64,000 nt of DNA from a virus. Position numbers and translations under genes: made by a program. Every line of letters begins with the position of its first letter. Within the stretch, counting starts at the first letter, position 1. This document shows, one piece after another, positions 27,680 through 36,853 of the stretch. The notes below the pieces were generated by a model. That model saw only the letters and a program-made list of their open reading frames with translations. It did no database searches and had not been told where the DNA came from. Location: the IMG/VR virus record IMGVR_UViG_3300042259_000159. One strand, given 5' to 3'.

Positions 27680-30600
27680 CTAAATGCTTTTATCTACAAA
27701 CTTTCTCTGTGGAAAATCAAATTCCCGCCTTGTTTTATTCCAAGCTTTTACGGGTGTAAAAAACCCAACAACCCTTGTCAGCTGTGTACTTATATCTTCC
27801 GAACATATGGGGCATGTACTGAAGGAACCCATAGAGACATGGGAGTTGATACACTCAGAGTATACGGTATTAATGGCAAAATGTTCACATCCACAACCCA
27901 AAGCAAAACAGATAATTTTCTTGGCCTGCTCTCTTGTCAGCCTCTGCCCGACAGTGGCATGAACAATCCCCCCGCCTGTTAGGTTTTTAGTATATTCTCC
28001 GTCAATTCTGAGCCTGTCCCACAGAGATGCCTCTTCCCACAAAGGAACAAACTGGTTTGCATAGAGAGGGTATTCTATAAAAGTATCGCCGTGAATGATC
28101 TTATCTGCGCTGCAAACTTTTACAGCCATACTCTCTGCTGGGATTTGCTCAATGTTGAAGACATATCCTGCGTTCTTCTTGGTATACAATCTAGCTTTTC
28201 TGTTAAGAAATGTCAAGATCTTTTTCTTCAAATCCCCCTCAACACCGAACCTTTGTTTAAGAACCTTTTCACACTCGTAAAGACCAAGAATACCAAACGT
28301 TGAAAAGAGCCTGTTGAGGTCTATCCACCCACGCGTTATAAAAGGCTGAAGACCTATTTGTTCAAGGACATGAATCAAGACCTTATGAGCAATCAGAATA
28401 TCTTTAGCAGCCTCTACACGGTACGTGTATATTTTCCAAAAATCATCAATACTCTCGGCCTCAATTGCCATCTTGTTGAAATTAAGAGTAACAACTCTAT
28501 GGCTCCCGATGCTGGAAAGAACACCGGCACCGAAAGAATTGGAGGTGGATGCCACATCTAACATCTCTTCATCATTGATCAATCGGCAACAGCTAGCGAT
28601 CTTTGTGCTCTCAGATGTGAAAATATTGTAGCGCGAAATGTCTCTATTAAGAAATATTTCCAAACTCTCTTCGTCTGCAAGGATGTAATCATCGCCGTCC
28701 TTAGTTTTTGAAATGTTCATCGTGCAAACAGGGAACCTGTAAGGCATCCCGTTATTTGAGGGATCTCCTTTATCAAAGATGTCTAGGAATATTTCCTGCA
28801 ATTCAAAAACATAGTCAACACACTCTTCTATATCTACAACACCACCATCTGAAAACATCCACAAAAGATGTTCCTTTATGATGTACCTGAGTTTGTGTTT
28901 ATCAAACACCGATACATTGGTAAAGGGACTCTCAACTCCGTCACGACTCAAATGGTTTACGCTGTGAATAAGCTGTTGAAACTCGTTTTCTATCTCTTTC
29001 CTCACAGCCTTATCGTTTTTAAGCACATCAAGGGGAACCTTATTCTTTATCATGAGAAGGTGAGCAACATCTATAAATACAGTACCTATGGCTAGAGCAC
29101 CAGCAACATGCGATGACATTTGGTGGATTGTCTCACACAGGGCGGCAATATAACTATTAACTCTTTTTGCCGGTTTAGAGGGCAATACTCCAAAAGTTCT
29201 TCCTTCTGTAATGAGATTTGTTGCGTTTAAAGAATAACAATTATGTTGCACCATTCCGTTTGCATAAAAACGGCCCGTTGCTGTTGTCAAATCATATACG
29301 TCTTGAAGCTCCTCTCTAAGCTTTCTTGTACTAGGAATGTCTTCAAGATTAAACCTGATGATTTTTACAACCCTGTTGCTTTCGCCCTTGGTGTTTGCTT
29401 TTTCATTATACTTATCATAGTCTTCTTTATGCATCTTCATCTTATCAGAAAGATCAACCATCTTATTCGTACTTGACGGGACAAAGGAAAGGGCATAAAT
29501 CGAATTAGAAATATCACTCCCTTTTATCCTTTTTCTAAGGCATCGAATACCTTCAATGCCTCTAAGGACGTCATAAAGTGTGTTTATTACTGCCATAGAC
29601 TGCAAACAAATCTCCACCCTGCCATTCTTTTTGTAGGTATATCCGTCCGCGTCTACAAGCCCCGCAACAAGTGCCTCTACAGAATCATTTGTCCAAGAGA
29701 GGATGTTCTTAGGAAGAACCTTTGTGAAGCTATTTTCTTTGTTCCCGAAACCAAAAAAGGCACTTACAAGAAAATTCATATCATAAGAAGACCAATTAAT
29801 CTGTCTCTCGACTTTATCACTGGGCTTAAAAAGATTCGCATCAGGAAACAAGTCTTTTATGATACTATAAATTCTTGAGTTATCAATATCGTTTTGATAA
29901 ACACTGCAAAGCGTTCCCCCTCTTGTAAATCTGAAAGAGCCTTTTATGTCCTTACCGTTCATTACGCCATCATCAACACAATACCCTTCAAAGTTCCCAT
30001 CACCAAGCATAAAGCCAAGAAGGTAGGCCAGCTTTTCTGGAACAATTATTGTTTTTTCCACGGAGGGCAAACAAGTCTCTGTCAAAACAGCATCCCCAAC
30101 AGAAAGTTCTGAGGCTATTTTTTCAGTTCCATCTTCCATATAGATTGGGTGGTTGTCTGTTACCAAAGCAAAGTGCCCTGCCTCTGTCTGATACAAAGAG
30201 AATCCTGTATCCGTTTTATGCTTGATAATACGTTGTACAGCAACCCATCCATTGTTTGTATCCCAAACCTCTATATTAACTTTTTCACTCACATTGCAGG
30301 CCAACTTACCGGAACGACCTTTTGCGGTGTTCTTGTTAGTGATGTTCGCACTCACATTATTACGCAGCATTGCTGTTGTAATCTCTAGATCTCTTGTAAG
30401 GCCTTTTGTGTTAATTTCCTCATGCGTACCCCTATTTTCGGAGTGTATTGCAAACATATTGAAAAGCTTTTTAAGAGGAATACAAATAATCTCTCCGTTA
30501 ATTCTGACAAAAACAGGCGTGTTTCCATAATACGAATATGGAAGGTTTAGCTTCGTGCTGTCGGAGATGGGAAGACTGAAATCCAACATTTCTCCTATAA

Positions 30601-30982
30601 GCCTTTTAGCCCTCTTCTTGCCGTAGAGTTCCTTCATAACACGGTAGAGGAAATCGTACCCTGCAATTTTTTTCTGGGGGGCACTTGCCTCACTCTGTAT
30701 TCCGGCAATTGTCTTCTCATTCTTATTAGCATTGTCATCAATAGAGACATCATTAATGTTTGCATTTAATTGTTTTTGAAACATCTTGAGAAAGTCTGTA
30801 TTGTCCTGCGAAAGACCATGCAGACGCATAAGTTTTTCAGCTTTTGTATCAATCTCTTCTTGAGAAAGGGTTGTTTTACGAGAAAGATTCCTTTTCAAAG
30901 CCTTAAGCATCTGTTTCCGTGTGTATTCAATCTCAGCATCATTTGTAAAAGATGAAGAAAAACCTTTAGCTATGCTATTCAA
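27680..30982 (-). CDS. nrdD: anaerobic ribonucleoside-triphosphate reductase NrdD (class III), interrupted by an intein
   Basis: C-terminal glycyl-radical-like TRVVGFF and CPICS zinc site; long ORF; likely TTG start at 30982 (AAGGAG 9 nt upstream) overlapping the nrdG stop; track ORF extends to 31051. Confidence 0.8.
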   Translation of the reverse strand: MNSIAKGFSSSFTNDAEIEYTRKQMLKALKRNLSRKTTLSQEEIDTKAEKLMRLHGLSQDNTDFLKMFQKQLNANINDVSIDDNANKNEKTIAGIQSEASAPQKKIAGYDFLYRVMKELYGKKRAKRLIGEMLDFSLPISDSTKLNLPYSYYGNTPVFVRINGEIICIPLKKLFNMFAIHSENRGTHEEINTKGLTRDLEITTAMLRNNVSANITNKNTAKGRSGKLACNVSEKVNIEVWDTNNGWVAVQRIIKHKTDTGFSLYQTEAGHFALVTDNHPIYMEDGTEKIASELSVGDAVLTETCLPSVEKTIIVPEKLAYLLGFMLGDGNFEGYCVDDGVMNGKDIKGSFRFTRGGTLCSVYQNDIDNSRIYSIIKDLFPDANLFKPSDKVERQINWSSYDMNFLVSAFFGFGNKENSFTKVLPKNILSWTNDSVEALVAGLVDADGYTYKKNGRVEICLQSMAVINTLYDVLRGIEGIRCLRKRIKGSDISNSIYALSFVPSSTNKMVDLSDKMKMHKEDYDKYNEKANTKGESNRVVKIIRFNLEDIPSTRKLREELQDVYDLTTATGRFYANGMVQHNCYSLNATNLITEGRTFGVLPSKPAKRVNSYIAALCETIHQMSSHVAGALAIGTVFIDVAHLLMIKNKVPLDVLKNDKAVRKEIENEFQQLIHSVNHLSRDGVESPFTNVSVFDKHKLRYIIKEHLLWMFSDGGVVDIEECVDYVFELQEIFLDIFDKGDPSNNGMPYRFPVCTMNISKTKDGDDYILADEESLEIFLNRDISRYNIFTSESTKIASCCRLINDEEMLDVASTSNSFGAGVLSSIGSHRVVTLNFNKMAIEAESIDDFWKIYTYRVEAAKDILIAHKVLIHVLEQIGLQPFITRGWIDLNRLFSTFGILGLYECEKVLKQRFGVEGDLKKKILTFLNRKARLYTKKNAGYVFNIEQIPAESMAVKVCSADKIIHGDTFIEYPLYANQFVPLWEEASLWDRLRIDGEYTKNLTGGGIVHATVGQRLTREQAKKIICFALGCGCEHFAINTVYSECINSHVSMGSFSTCPICSEDISTQLTRVVGFFTPVKAWNKTRREFDFPQRKFVDKSI
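29240..30298 (-). other. intein with LAGLIDADG homing endonuclease domain inside NrdD
   Basis: Hint block B VTDNHPIY; LAGLIDADG motifs LAYLLGFMLGDGNF and LVAGLVDADGY; C-terminal VQHN followed by Cys; N-terminal boundary uncertain (may extend to ~30535). Confidence 0.7.
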
Positions 30983-31490
30983 AGCAGTAAACTCCTTCTT
31001 TTGTAAGTTTAACATAATTATTATTATAAAGTTCTTGGTTAGACGAACCAAGTACGAGTTTTGTCCTTTGCCCTTTTGTTGTATCTGACTGGTGCAGTTC
31101 TTTTATATACTCTCCTGTTTTTATAAATTTGAAACCGTTAAGATTAAGGTATTTAACAGTGTCAATATCGTATCCAGTATAAATACATATGTTAAAACAC
31201 CCACCGTATTGTTCTAAGAACTGTGCTGTAAACCCTCTGTTGCAGGAGGCTAGCGGATCTCCACCAAGAAGTACAATATTATTTGTGCGGTATTTTAAGG
31301 TCTCCTGTTTACAATGGTTGTAGAAGTCTTCAATGGAAAATTCCACACCACCCTGATATTCAGGGTTTTGCAGGGAGGGGTTATGACACCCCTTACAGGA
31401 AAAATCACACCCACACATAAAAAGACTTACTGCCCACCCATCCTTTGAGGGGTAGTCTGTAAATGTCATCTCAGAACCTGCAAATCTCAT
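30975..31490 (-). CDS. nrdG: anaerobic RNR activating enzyme NrdG (radical SAM)
   Basis: CGCDFSCKGC radical SAM-type cysteine motif; adjacent to nrdD. Confidence 0.75.
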   Translation of the reverse strand: MRFAGSEMTFTDYPSKDGWAVSLFMCGCDFSCKGCHNPSLQNPEYQGGVEFSIEDFYNHCKQETLKYRTNNIVLLGGDPLASCNRGFTAQFLEQYGGCFNICIYTGYDIDTVKYLNLNGFKFIKTGEYIKELHQSDTTKGQRTKLVLGSSNQELYNNNYVKLTKEGVYCFE

Positions 31491-31492
31491 TT

Positions 31493-32089
31493 TTATCCTT
31501 CTCTTTCCAGAGCAACATCTATAAGGGATTGGAACTCCGGCGGGAGGCTGTTATACATTTTTTGTGCCATTTCCCTTATTTCCCACTGTGCGTCTTTTGC
31601 CATACGGAGTTTTAGAAAATTGATTAATGCTCTTAGATTCATTGTTACCATAATTTTTGTGGTAGTTGCGTTCGGGAACACAAAACGTGCATCCTCTTTT
31701 TTAACCCCAGCATCAAGCAGGCGATTGTATGTGTCCCATATAACCTCCATTGTATCTTCATAAAGATCACGAATATAGCCATCCTCGTGCTCTGATATGC
31801 TTGGTGGAGTGACATAAGAAGGCTCTTCTGTCTTTACATACCTTTGACTTGCCTGTGTATATGATGCAATACGGTGTCTTACCTGTTGATGTGTTAGTGC
31901 GCGGGATACCCCTGTAATTTCAAAACAAAAAGCAGAATGCTCCACAACACTTTCGTGTCCTTTCTTAATACACTTTTTAACAAGCGCTGTATCACTCGCA
32001 CCCCCATTGTCAGAAACACTTTCATAGGGTATTCTGGCAGCACGACAAATAGTTGTGTATTTCAAACAATCAACAAGTTCTACTTTCAT
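31493..32089 (-). CDS. thyX: flavin-dependent thymidylate synthase ThyX
   Basis: ThyX motif RHRIASYTQASQRY; ATG at 32089 after AAGGAGG. Confidence 0.8.
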   Translation of the reverse strand: MKVELVDCLKYTTICRAARIPYESVSDNGGASDTALVKKCIKKGHESVVEHSAFCFEITGVSRALTHQQVRHRIASYTQASQRYVKTEEPSYVTPPSISEHEDGYIRDLYEDTMEVIWDTYNRLLDAGVKKEDARFVFPNATTTKIMVTMNLRALINFLKLRMAKDAQWEIREMAQKMYNSLPPEFQSLIDVALEREG

Positions 32090-32253
32090 TACGCCTCCTT
32101 TTTTACCCAAGATGTGGGCTTATAATCATTGCCTATTCGGCAGTTTTTACACTCTACCTTCCTGTGGTGTCTATAGGGGCCACTTGCACAGCTTATGCAT
32201 GTAAGATTTGTCTCAACATGCCCACGGTTTTTCCTCTCTACAAAGACATTCAT
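32089..32253 (-). CDS. small zinc-ribbon protein (54 aa)
   Basis: CISC...CKNC; GGAGAAACG RBS; below the ORF-track length cutoff. Confidence 0.3.
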   Translation of the reverse strand: MNVFVERKNRGHVETNLTCISCASGPYRHHRKVECKNCRIGNDYKPTSWVKKEA

Positions 32254-32435
32254 CGTTTCTCCTTTTTGCGTTGATAGGTGAATTTAATATTCCCAACCCT
32301 TGCAGGTATAACACTCTTTTCAATAACACGCCCACATGCCTTTTCAGGAATGGAGAAGGTATCTATAATTTCCCCATTACTATTAAACACCACTATAGTA
32401 TCCACAAAACCCCCTAAAGGCTGAAAAAGCCGCTT

Positions 32436-33410
32436 TTAGCGGCAAAAATAAATGTCTGGTGAGAAGGTTAGAAGATCTTTTGTATGCACTGAGTATGAGA
32501 TATCGTTCAAATCCTGTGCTTCGTGTAAAATATCAAACACAAGGAACCCGAAATCTACTGTTCCAGAACATTTCCTCTCTCCGAAAATTGTCTTTGGACC
32601 TTGAAGAGATGGACAAGACATCGCCATATATTTTGTTGTACTGTTTGCAATGTGGTAGTGAACATGCCCACGGAGAATTACATCGCTTTTAGGCTGCATC
32701 TTTTTCTCTTCCCATAGGCGATTCCAGACATATTCTTTCGAAAGCTGTGTTGCCCTCCCGTGAGGGATTCCACTACTTCCAATGGCATGTCTGAGGTCAA
32801 AAAGAATCCCATTAATATCTACCCACAACCTACCATCAAAAATAGCACCTATCTCTTTAGCTAGAACCTCTTCAAAATCCTCACCACCGGCATATGTATG
32901 GTAACCTGTCCCACCAACTAGAAAAATATTCTTACACGGGATTGAATCGAAGACTTGAACAGCTATATCTACTTGCTCGTTGAGGGATGAGGTTATCAGT
33001 CCATTTCCACCATCCTTAGATGCCTTGCCATCAATTGCATCGCCTATGTGAAAAAGTGCATCGATATGGCCTAAGGATGAAACCCCTGTAGAGAAAAAGT
33101 CCCACATCTCTTCTTGCATAGAGGCAATCTTCTTTCTTTCCTCTTTGCTTCCTCCTTGAACGTTAAACATCCAGTCTGGAGGTGTCAAACCAACCTTACT
33201 TCCGCAGTGGGTATCCGAGATAACCAAAACCCTTGAGAAATCCCTTTTACACCTTTCCTCCTCTTTTTCCCACTTTGTGAGACCCTTATACTTATCCTTA
33301 AGAAAGTCGTGAACAGAAGATTTTGGAACCCCTGTTGCGGCAGAAATCTGCCTTATAGACTTCCCAGCCTTTTGCATTATAAGAGCAACCTCTTTCTGAT
33401 ATTCCTCCAT
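32436..33410 (-). CDS. metallophosphoesterase with N-terminal HTH
   Basis: Calcineurin-like motifs SDTHCG, GDAIDG, GGTGYH, GHVHYH. Confidence 0.65.
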   Translation of the reverse strand: MEEYQKEVALIMQKAGKSIRQISAATGVPKSSVHDFLKDKYKGLTKWEKEEERCKRDFSRVLVISDTHCGSKVGLTPPDWMFNVQGGSKEERKKIASMQEEMWDFFSTGVSSLGHIDALFHIGDAIDGKASKDGGNGLITSSLNEQVDIAVQVFDSIPCKNIFLVGGTGYHTYAGGEDFEEVLAKEIGAIFDGRLWVDINGILFDLRHAIGSSGIPHGRATQLSKEYVWNRLWEEKKMQPKSDVILRGHVHYHIANSTTKYMAMSCPSLQGPKTIFGERKCSGTVDFGFLVFDILHEAQDLNDISYSVHTKDLLTFSPDIYFCR

Positions 33411-33447
33411 CTAACCTCCTTTACTCCTGTTTTTGGGAATAGAAATA

Positions 33448-33486
33448 TGGTACTGGCAGCGGGATTCGAACCCACACTGAAGGGGG
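33448..33486 (-). other. tRNA 3' fragment (T-arm + acceptor 3' strand + CCA)
   Basis: GTGGGTTCGAATCCCGCTGCCAGTACCA; acceptor complements the 5' end ACTGGTA at 34153. Confidence 0.55.
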
Positions 33487-33489
33487 GAT

Positions 33490-33950
33490 TTACTTATCTC
33501 TCTGGTAGTAGTGCTTTGATATTGCACTTCTTTCCATTTTTTGAATTTTTTTATTCTGAACGTCGGACCCATAACGTCCAGAACACGTTCTGGAACAAAA
33601 GGGCCCAGCTTTATTTTTAATGTTTCTCTGTGTCACCGTTGGCGTAAAAAGAGAATCGCAATATGGACACTTTACTTCTTCCACTCTCACCCTTACCACA
33701 TCAAGCGAAGCATGGGAGGATCTACACAAAACTTGTAAATTTTCAATTTTGTTGTTCAGTGGATTTCTATCAATGTGGTCAACTGTCTCAGATGGATCTA
33801 AAACTCTGCCCAGATGCACTTCCATTATAATTCTGGAAGCCTGTTTAGCAGTTCTTTTAATTCCATCATATAAAACAATGACCAGTCTACCGTCTTTCCT
33901 TAAATATGGCCCATAAATTTTTTTACACTCTGGGTACAATTTTTGAATGT
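33490..33950 (-). CDS. HNH homing endonuclease
   Basis: HIDRNPLNNKIENLQVLCRSSH; track ORF extends to 34023 but that overlaps tRNA-Leu, so the start is uncertain. Confidence 0.6.
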
Positions 33951-33953
33951 GTT

Positions 33954-34037
33954 TGGTAGGAGAAGAGAGATTCGAACTCTCAAGGAATAATCCGTCGAGG
34001 CTTAAACTCGATGTGTTTACCATTTCACCATTCTCCC
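33954..34037 (-). tRNA. tRNA-Leu (anticodon UAA), type II, CCA encoded
   Basis: Manual fold: acceptor GGGAGAA/TTCTCCT, anticodon loop TTTAAGC, long variable arm, T-loop TTCGAAT. Confidence 0.65.
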
Positions 34038-34045
34038 GTATTTTT

Positions 34046-34067
34046 TATCTACCATTCCGCCATTCCC
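34046..34067 (-). other. orphan tRNA 5' fragment (Leu-like acceptor + D-arm)
   Basis: GCGGGAATGGCGGAATGGTAGA with no matching 3' half. Confidence 0.4.
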
Positions 34068-34076
34068 GCATTTATT

Positions 34077-34153
34077 TGGTACCCACTGTGAGATTCGAAC
34101 CCACACTAATCAGTTTCTAAGACTGATGCCTCTGCCAAGTTGGGCTATACCAG
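34077..34153 (-). tRNA. tRNA-like gene (class I, anticodon UAG) with mismatched acceptor stem; probably chimeric or disrupted
   Basis: D-arm, anticodon arm TCAGT-CTTAGAA-ACTGA and T-arm fold, but 5' ACTGGTA does not pair with 3' AGTGGGT. Confidence 0.4.
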
Positions 34154-34184
34154 TATTATGCTTATTATTTTATTTTGAAAGGCC

Positions 34185-34235
34185 ATATGTATACACATAT
34201 ATATATATACATATATATATGTATAGAGCAACCAA
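34185..34235. repeat. TA-rich microsatellite
   Basis: atatgtatacacatatatatatatacatatatatatgtatag. Confidence 0.8.
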
Positions 34236-34412
34236 AATGGTTAAATAAAAAGGTGTTTTGTGGAGACACCAAACTCCTCCAGTTTTAGTGATCTGGAAAC
34301 AATAAGCGGCGCAGGTGCTCTTTAAAACACGTGCTACCAAGCGTATAAATTGTCTAGGGGATTTCACCAAACACATTATGTTATTGGAGGGATCTTTCCC
34401 TAGACTCAGTAA

Positions 34413-34485
34413 AGCTCCTGACAGGACTTGAACCCGCAACCGGCTGATTACAAATCAGCTGCTCTGCCAGTTGAGCTACAGGAGC
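34413..34485 (-). tRNA. tRNA-Thr (anticodon UGU), CCA not encoded
   Basis: Manual fold: acceptor GCTCCTG/CAGGAGC, D-arm GCTC..GAGC, anticodon loop TTTGTAA. Confidence 0.7.
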
Positions 34486-34489
34486 AGAA

Positions 34490-34561
34490 CAGAGGGAGAA
34501 GGATTCGAACCTTCGAATGACGGGACCAAAACCCGTTGCCTTACCGCTTGGCTACCCCTCT
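34490..34561 (-). tRNA. tRNA-Gln (anticodon UUG), CCA not encoded
   Basis: Manual fold: acceptor AGAGGGG/TCCCTCT, anticodon stem ACGGG/CCCGT, loop TTTTGGT. Confidence 0.65.
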
Positions 34562-34569
34562 AAATTTTT

Positions 34570-34646
34570 TGGCTCCGGCGGCAGGATTTGAACCTACATT
34601 CGCAATGGTTAACAGCCATTTGCCTTACCAATTCGGCGACACCGGA
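34570..34646 (-). tRNA. tRNA-Asn (anticodon GUU), CCA encoded
   Basis: Manual fold: acceptor TCCGGTG/CGCCGGA, anticodon stem AATGG/CCATT, loop CTGTTAA. Confidence 0.65.
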
Positions 34647-34691
34647 ATGAACTTTTTATTTGTTATCAGCATTGTTTTGCTTTATTTTAAA

Positions 34692-34770
34692 TGGTCTCGG
34701 TGATTAGATTTGAACTAATGATTATTCCTGCTCCCAAAGCAGGTGCCATACCAAGCTAGGCGACACCGAG
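34692..34770 (-). tRNA. tRNA-Pro (anticodon UGG), CCA encoded
   Basis: Manual fold: acceptor CTCGGTG/CACCGAG perfect, anticodon stem CCTGC/GCAGG, loop TTTGGGA. Confidence 0.6.
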
Positions 34771-35251
34771 ATCAGGTGTGGTACCAAACTCCACTATGGG
34801 CAGAGGTTATAAGAAGGTCCGTACATGATATAGACAGATATTCTTCCATAACAGCGGTACGGACGCTGTCTCATTTTTATATCTTTCAGTGTGCTATTAC
34901 GCCAAAGGGAAATTAAGCCTTACCAGTTACGGGGTGCCCTTTTACTATCCACAAAGAATTTCAAATCGCGTGCATTCTAAGTATCGGAAAATTCTACAAC
35001 CACTTAAAGTACACCTCGTTTAAGAGATAGCGACCTGTGCTTCGTCCCACTCTTTAAAGGATGGCTGCCTCAAAGCCCACCTCCTGAAAAATGCATGAAG
35101 GATTATCCCTCCTTCGCTAAATACAACCTATCAATTTTAAGGGTTCTTGTCAAGAACATTTTAAGGTTTTTGAAATTTTTGTTGAACGCTGATTTGCTAC
35201 GCGGGTACAGCGTTCGAAACCTCGATAGCATCCTTGCCGTTGGCAAAGCTG

Positions 35252-35393
35252 TCAGGAGCCGCAGGAGGAGAATTGAACTCCTCTGGCATCAACACGCAGT
35301 CACCACAACTACATCTACCGTTACGGGTATGGCTCCCCATCCTAGTCACCTGTTGATACCTTATAGGTTCAGCCCTACCAAGGGCACTGCGGC
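35252..35393 (-). ncRNA. tRNA-like structured RNA (~142 nt) with 7-bp acceptor-like stem and T-arm; possible intron-containing or disrupted tRNA
   Basis: GCCGCAG ... GAGGAGTTCAATTCTCCTC CTGCGGC; body too long for a standard tRNA. Confidence 0.3.
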
Positions 35394-35399
35394 TTAAGT

Positions 35400-35620
35400 G
35401 GGTTGGTTGGTGCAGATTGTGAACGTACCCCCGCCTATAGAGGCGGAAGCTTCCTGCTTCAGCGAGAACAGCACCAGTAACTCCGAAGAGTTGTGGCGAA
35501 TTACACTCTCTCCACAGGCGTAAATTCCCGTGCGACCCACGGTACTTTATGAGTTACGCTAGGCAGATATTCGCCCAGCTTCTTCTCTAATATTTATTGC
35601 AGCGTTCTTGTCACGGTTAT
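35400..35620 (-). ncRNA. putative TnpB guide (omega) RNA region overlapping the tnpB 3' end and right end
   Basis: Position relative to tnpB; subterminal hairpin CCGCC-tataga-GGCGG at 35431-35446; no direct RNA evidence. Confidence 0.35.
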
Positions 35621-36795
35621 GATGACTGCCACACTTAAGGCAATCCCATTCCCGCACAGACAAGTCTTTGGTATCCTTGTTCTGGTAGCCACAGACATGG
35701 CATAGCTGACTGCTTGGATACCATTTGTCTATCTTGATAAGTTGCTTACCCTGCCATGCAAGTTTGTATTTCAGCATACTTGTGAACATGCTCCAGCCGT
35801 TGTCGGATATGGATTTACCAAAGTTGAACTTGCCACCCTTCTTTCGCTTCGCCATGTCCTTTACGCTAATGTCCTCTATGCCAATCACATCATAGCGGTC
35901 TGCAAGATAACGAGCTTTCTTATGCAGGAAGTCGCGGCGTTGATTAGCAATTTTCTCATGGAGTACAGCCAAACGTAGTCTTTGTTTATTCCTATTACGG
36001 CTCCCTTTTTGTCTCTTGGAGAGTTTTCTTTGTGCCTTGATCAATCTCTTTTCGGCTTCCCGTAAGAAATTTGGATAATCGGCGTTGTCCTCATCGGAAG
36101 CAACATACATCCCGTGCATAGCAAAATCCAATCCAAGAAAATTCTTCGGTATGATGGGAAGTATTTGGTTTTCATACTCCACCAAAATACTAATATAGTA
36201 TTTTCCTGACGGTGTTTTACTTATGGTTACAGTCTTTATGGTGCTATTCTCCATCAATGGACGATGCAGACACAGCTTTACCCAACCTATTTTCGGCAGC
36301 TTGACTTTGTTTCCCTCGATTCTTACAGAGCCATGTTGGTTGTTCGTAGAATATGAAGCATGACCCGCTTTCTTCGACTTGAAGCGTGGCTTGCAAAAAT
36401 GCTTCCTATTGCTCCAAAAGTTGTTATACGCCTTGTTCAGGTTTATTTGGGCATTGGCGAGAGCAAGGCTGTCAACCTCTTTCAGCCAAGGAAACTCTTT
36501 CTTGTACTGTGCAGGTGTGTTGTTCAGCCTCTCTCCTGTTTCCTTATAGTGATCAAGACGATCTCCAAGCATCTTGTTATAGATGAATCTGGCACTGCCG
36601 AAAGTCTTGGCAAACATAATCTTCTGTTCAATTGTCGGGTAGAGTCTATATCGGTATGCCTTATTCACTATAATCACCTGCCTTGATTTTCTATGTATTT
36701 ACGAATTGTCTCAAACGGAGCAATTATCTGGCTCAACTACTTACGTAAATTCGCTAGACACACCTTCATCCCCCACCTTAGAGGTGGAGGGCTTC
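35425..36795 (-). mobile_element. IS200/IS605-family element, TnpB-only (IS1341-like)
   Basis: tnpB ORF flanked by similar subterminal hairpins at 36773-36787 and 35431-35446; no tnpA seen. Confidence 0.7.
35559..36677 (-). CDS. tnpB: TnpB (IS200/IS605 OrfB, RuvC-like RNA-guided nuclease)
   Basis: N-terminal YRYRLYPT; C-terminal zinc finger CHVCG...CLKCG; 372 aa. Confidence 0.85.
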   Translation of the reverse strand: MIIVNKAYRYRLYPTIEQKIMFAKTFGSARFIYNKMLGDRLDHYKETGERLNNTPAQYKKEFPWLKEVDSLALANAQINLNKAYNNFWSNRKHFCKPRFKSKKAGHASYSTNNQHGSVRIEGNKVKLPKIGWVKLCLHRPLMENSTIKTVTISKTPSGKYYISILVEYENQILPIIPKNFLGLDFAMHGMYVASDEDNADYPNFLREAEKRLIKAQRKLSKRQKGSRNRNKQRLRLAVLHEKIANQRRDFLHKKARYLADRYDVIGIEDISVKDMAKRKKGGKFNFGKSISDNGWSMFTSMLKYKLAWQGKQLIKIDKWYPSSQLCHVCGYQNKDTKDLSVREWDCLKCGSHHNRDKNAAINIREEAGRISA

Positions 36796-36799
36796 TGGC

Positions 36800-36843
36800 G
36801 GGTTAGGTTAAATCCCTTGTGTCTACTAATTCCACCAATCGGG
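36800..36843 (-). other. partial tRNA-Leu-like 5' fragment next to the IS left end
   Basis: GCCCGATTGGTGGAATTAGTAGACAC duplicates the 5' end of tRNA-Leu at 36940 but lacks a foldable remainder. Confidence 0.4.
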
Positions 36844-36853
36844 CTAAAATCTT

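Noticed and set aside
34170-34439. 89-aa minus-strand ORF
   Set aside because: Covers a TA microsatellite and intergenic sequence between tRNAs; no RBS.
35095-35397. 100-aa plus-strand ORF
   Set aside because: Overlaps the tRNA-like element and the IS right-end flank on the opposite strand; no RBS.
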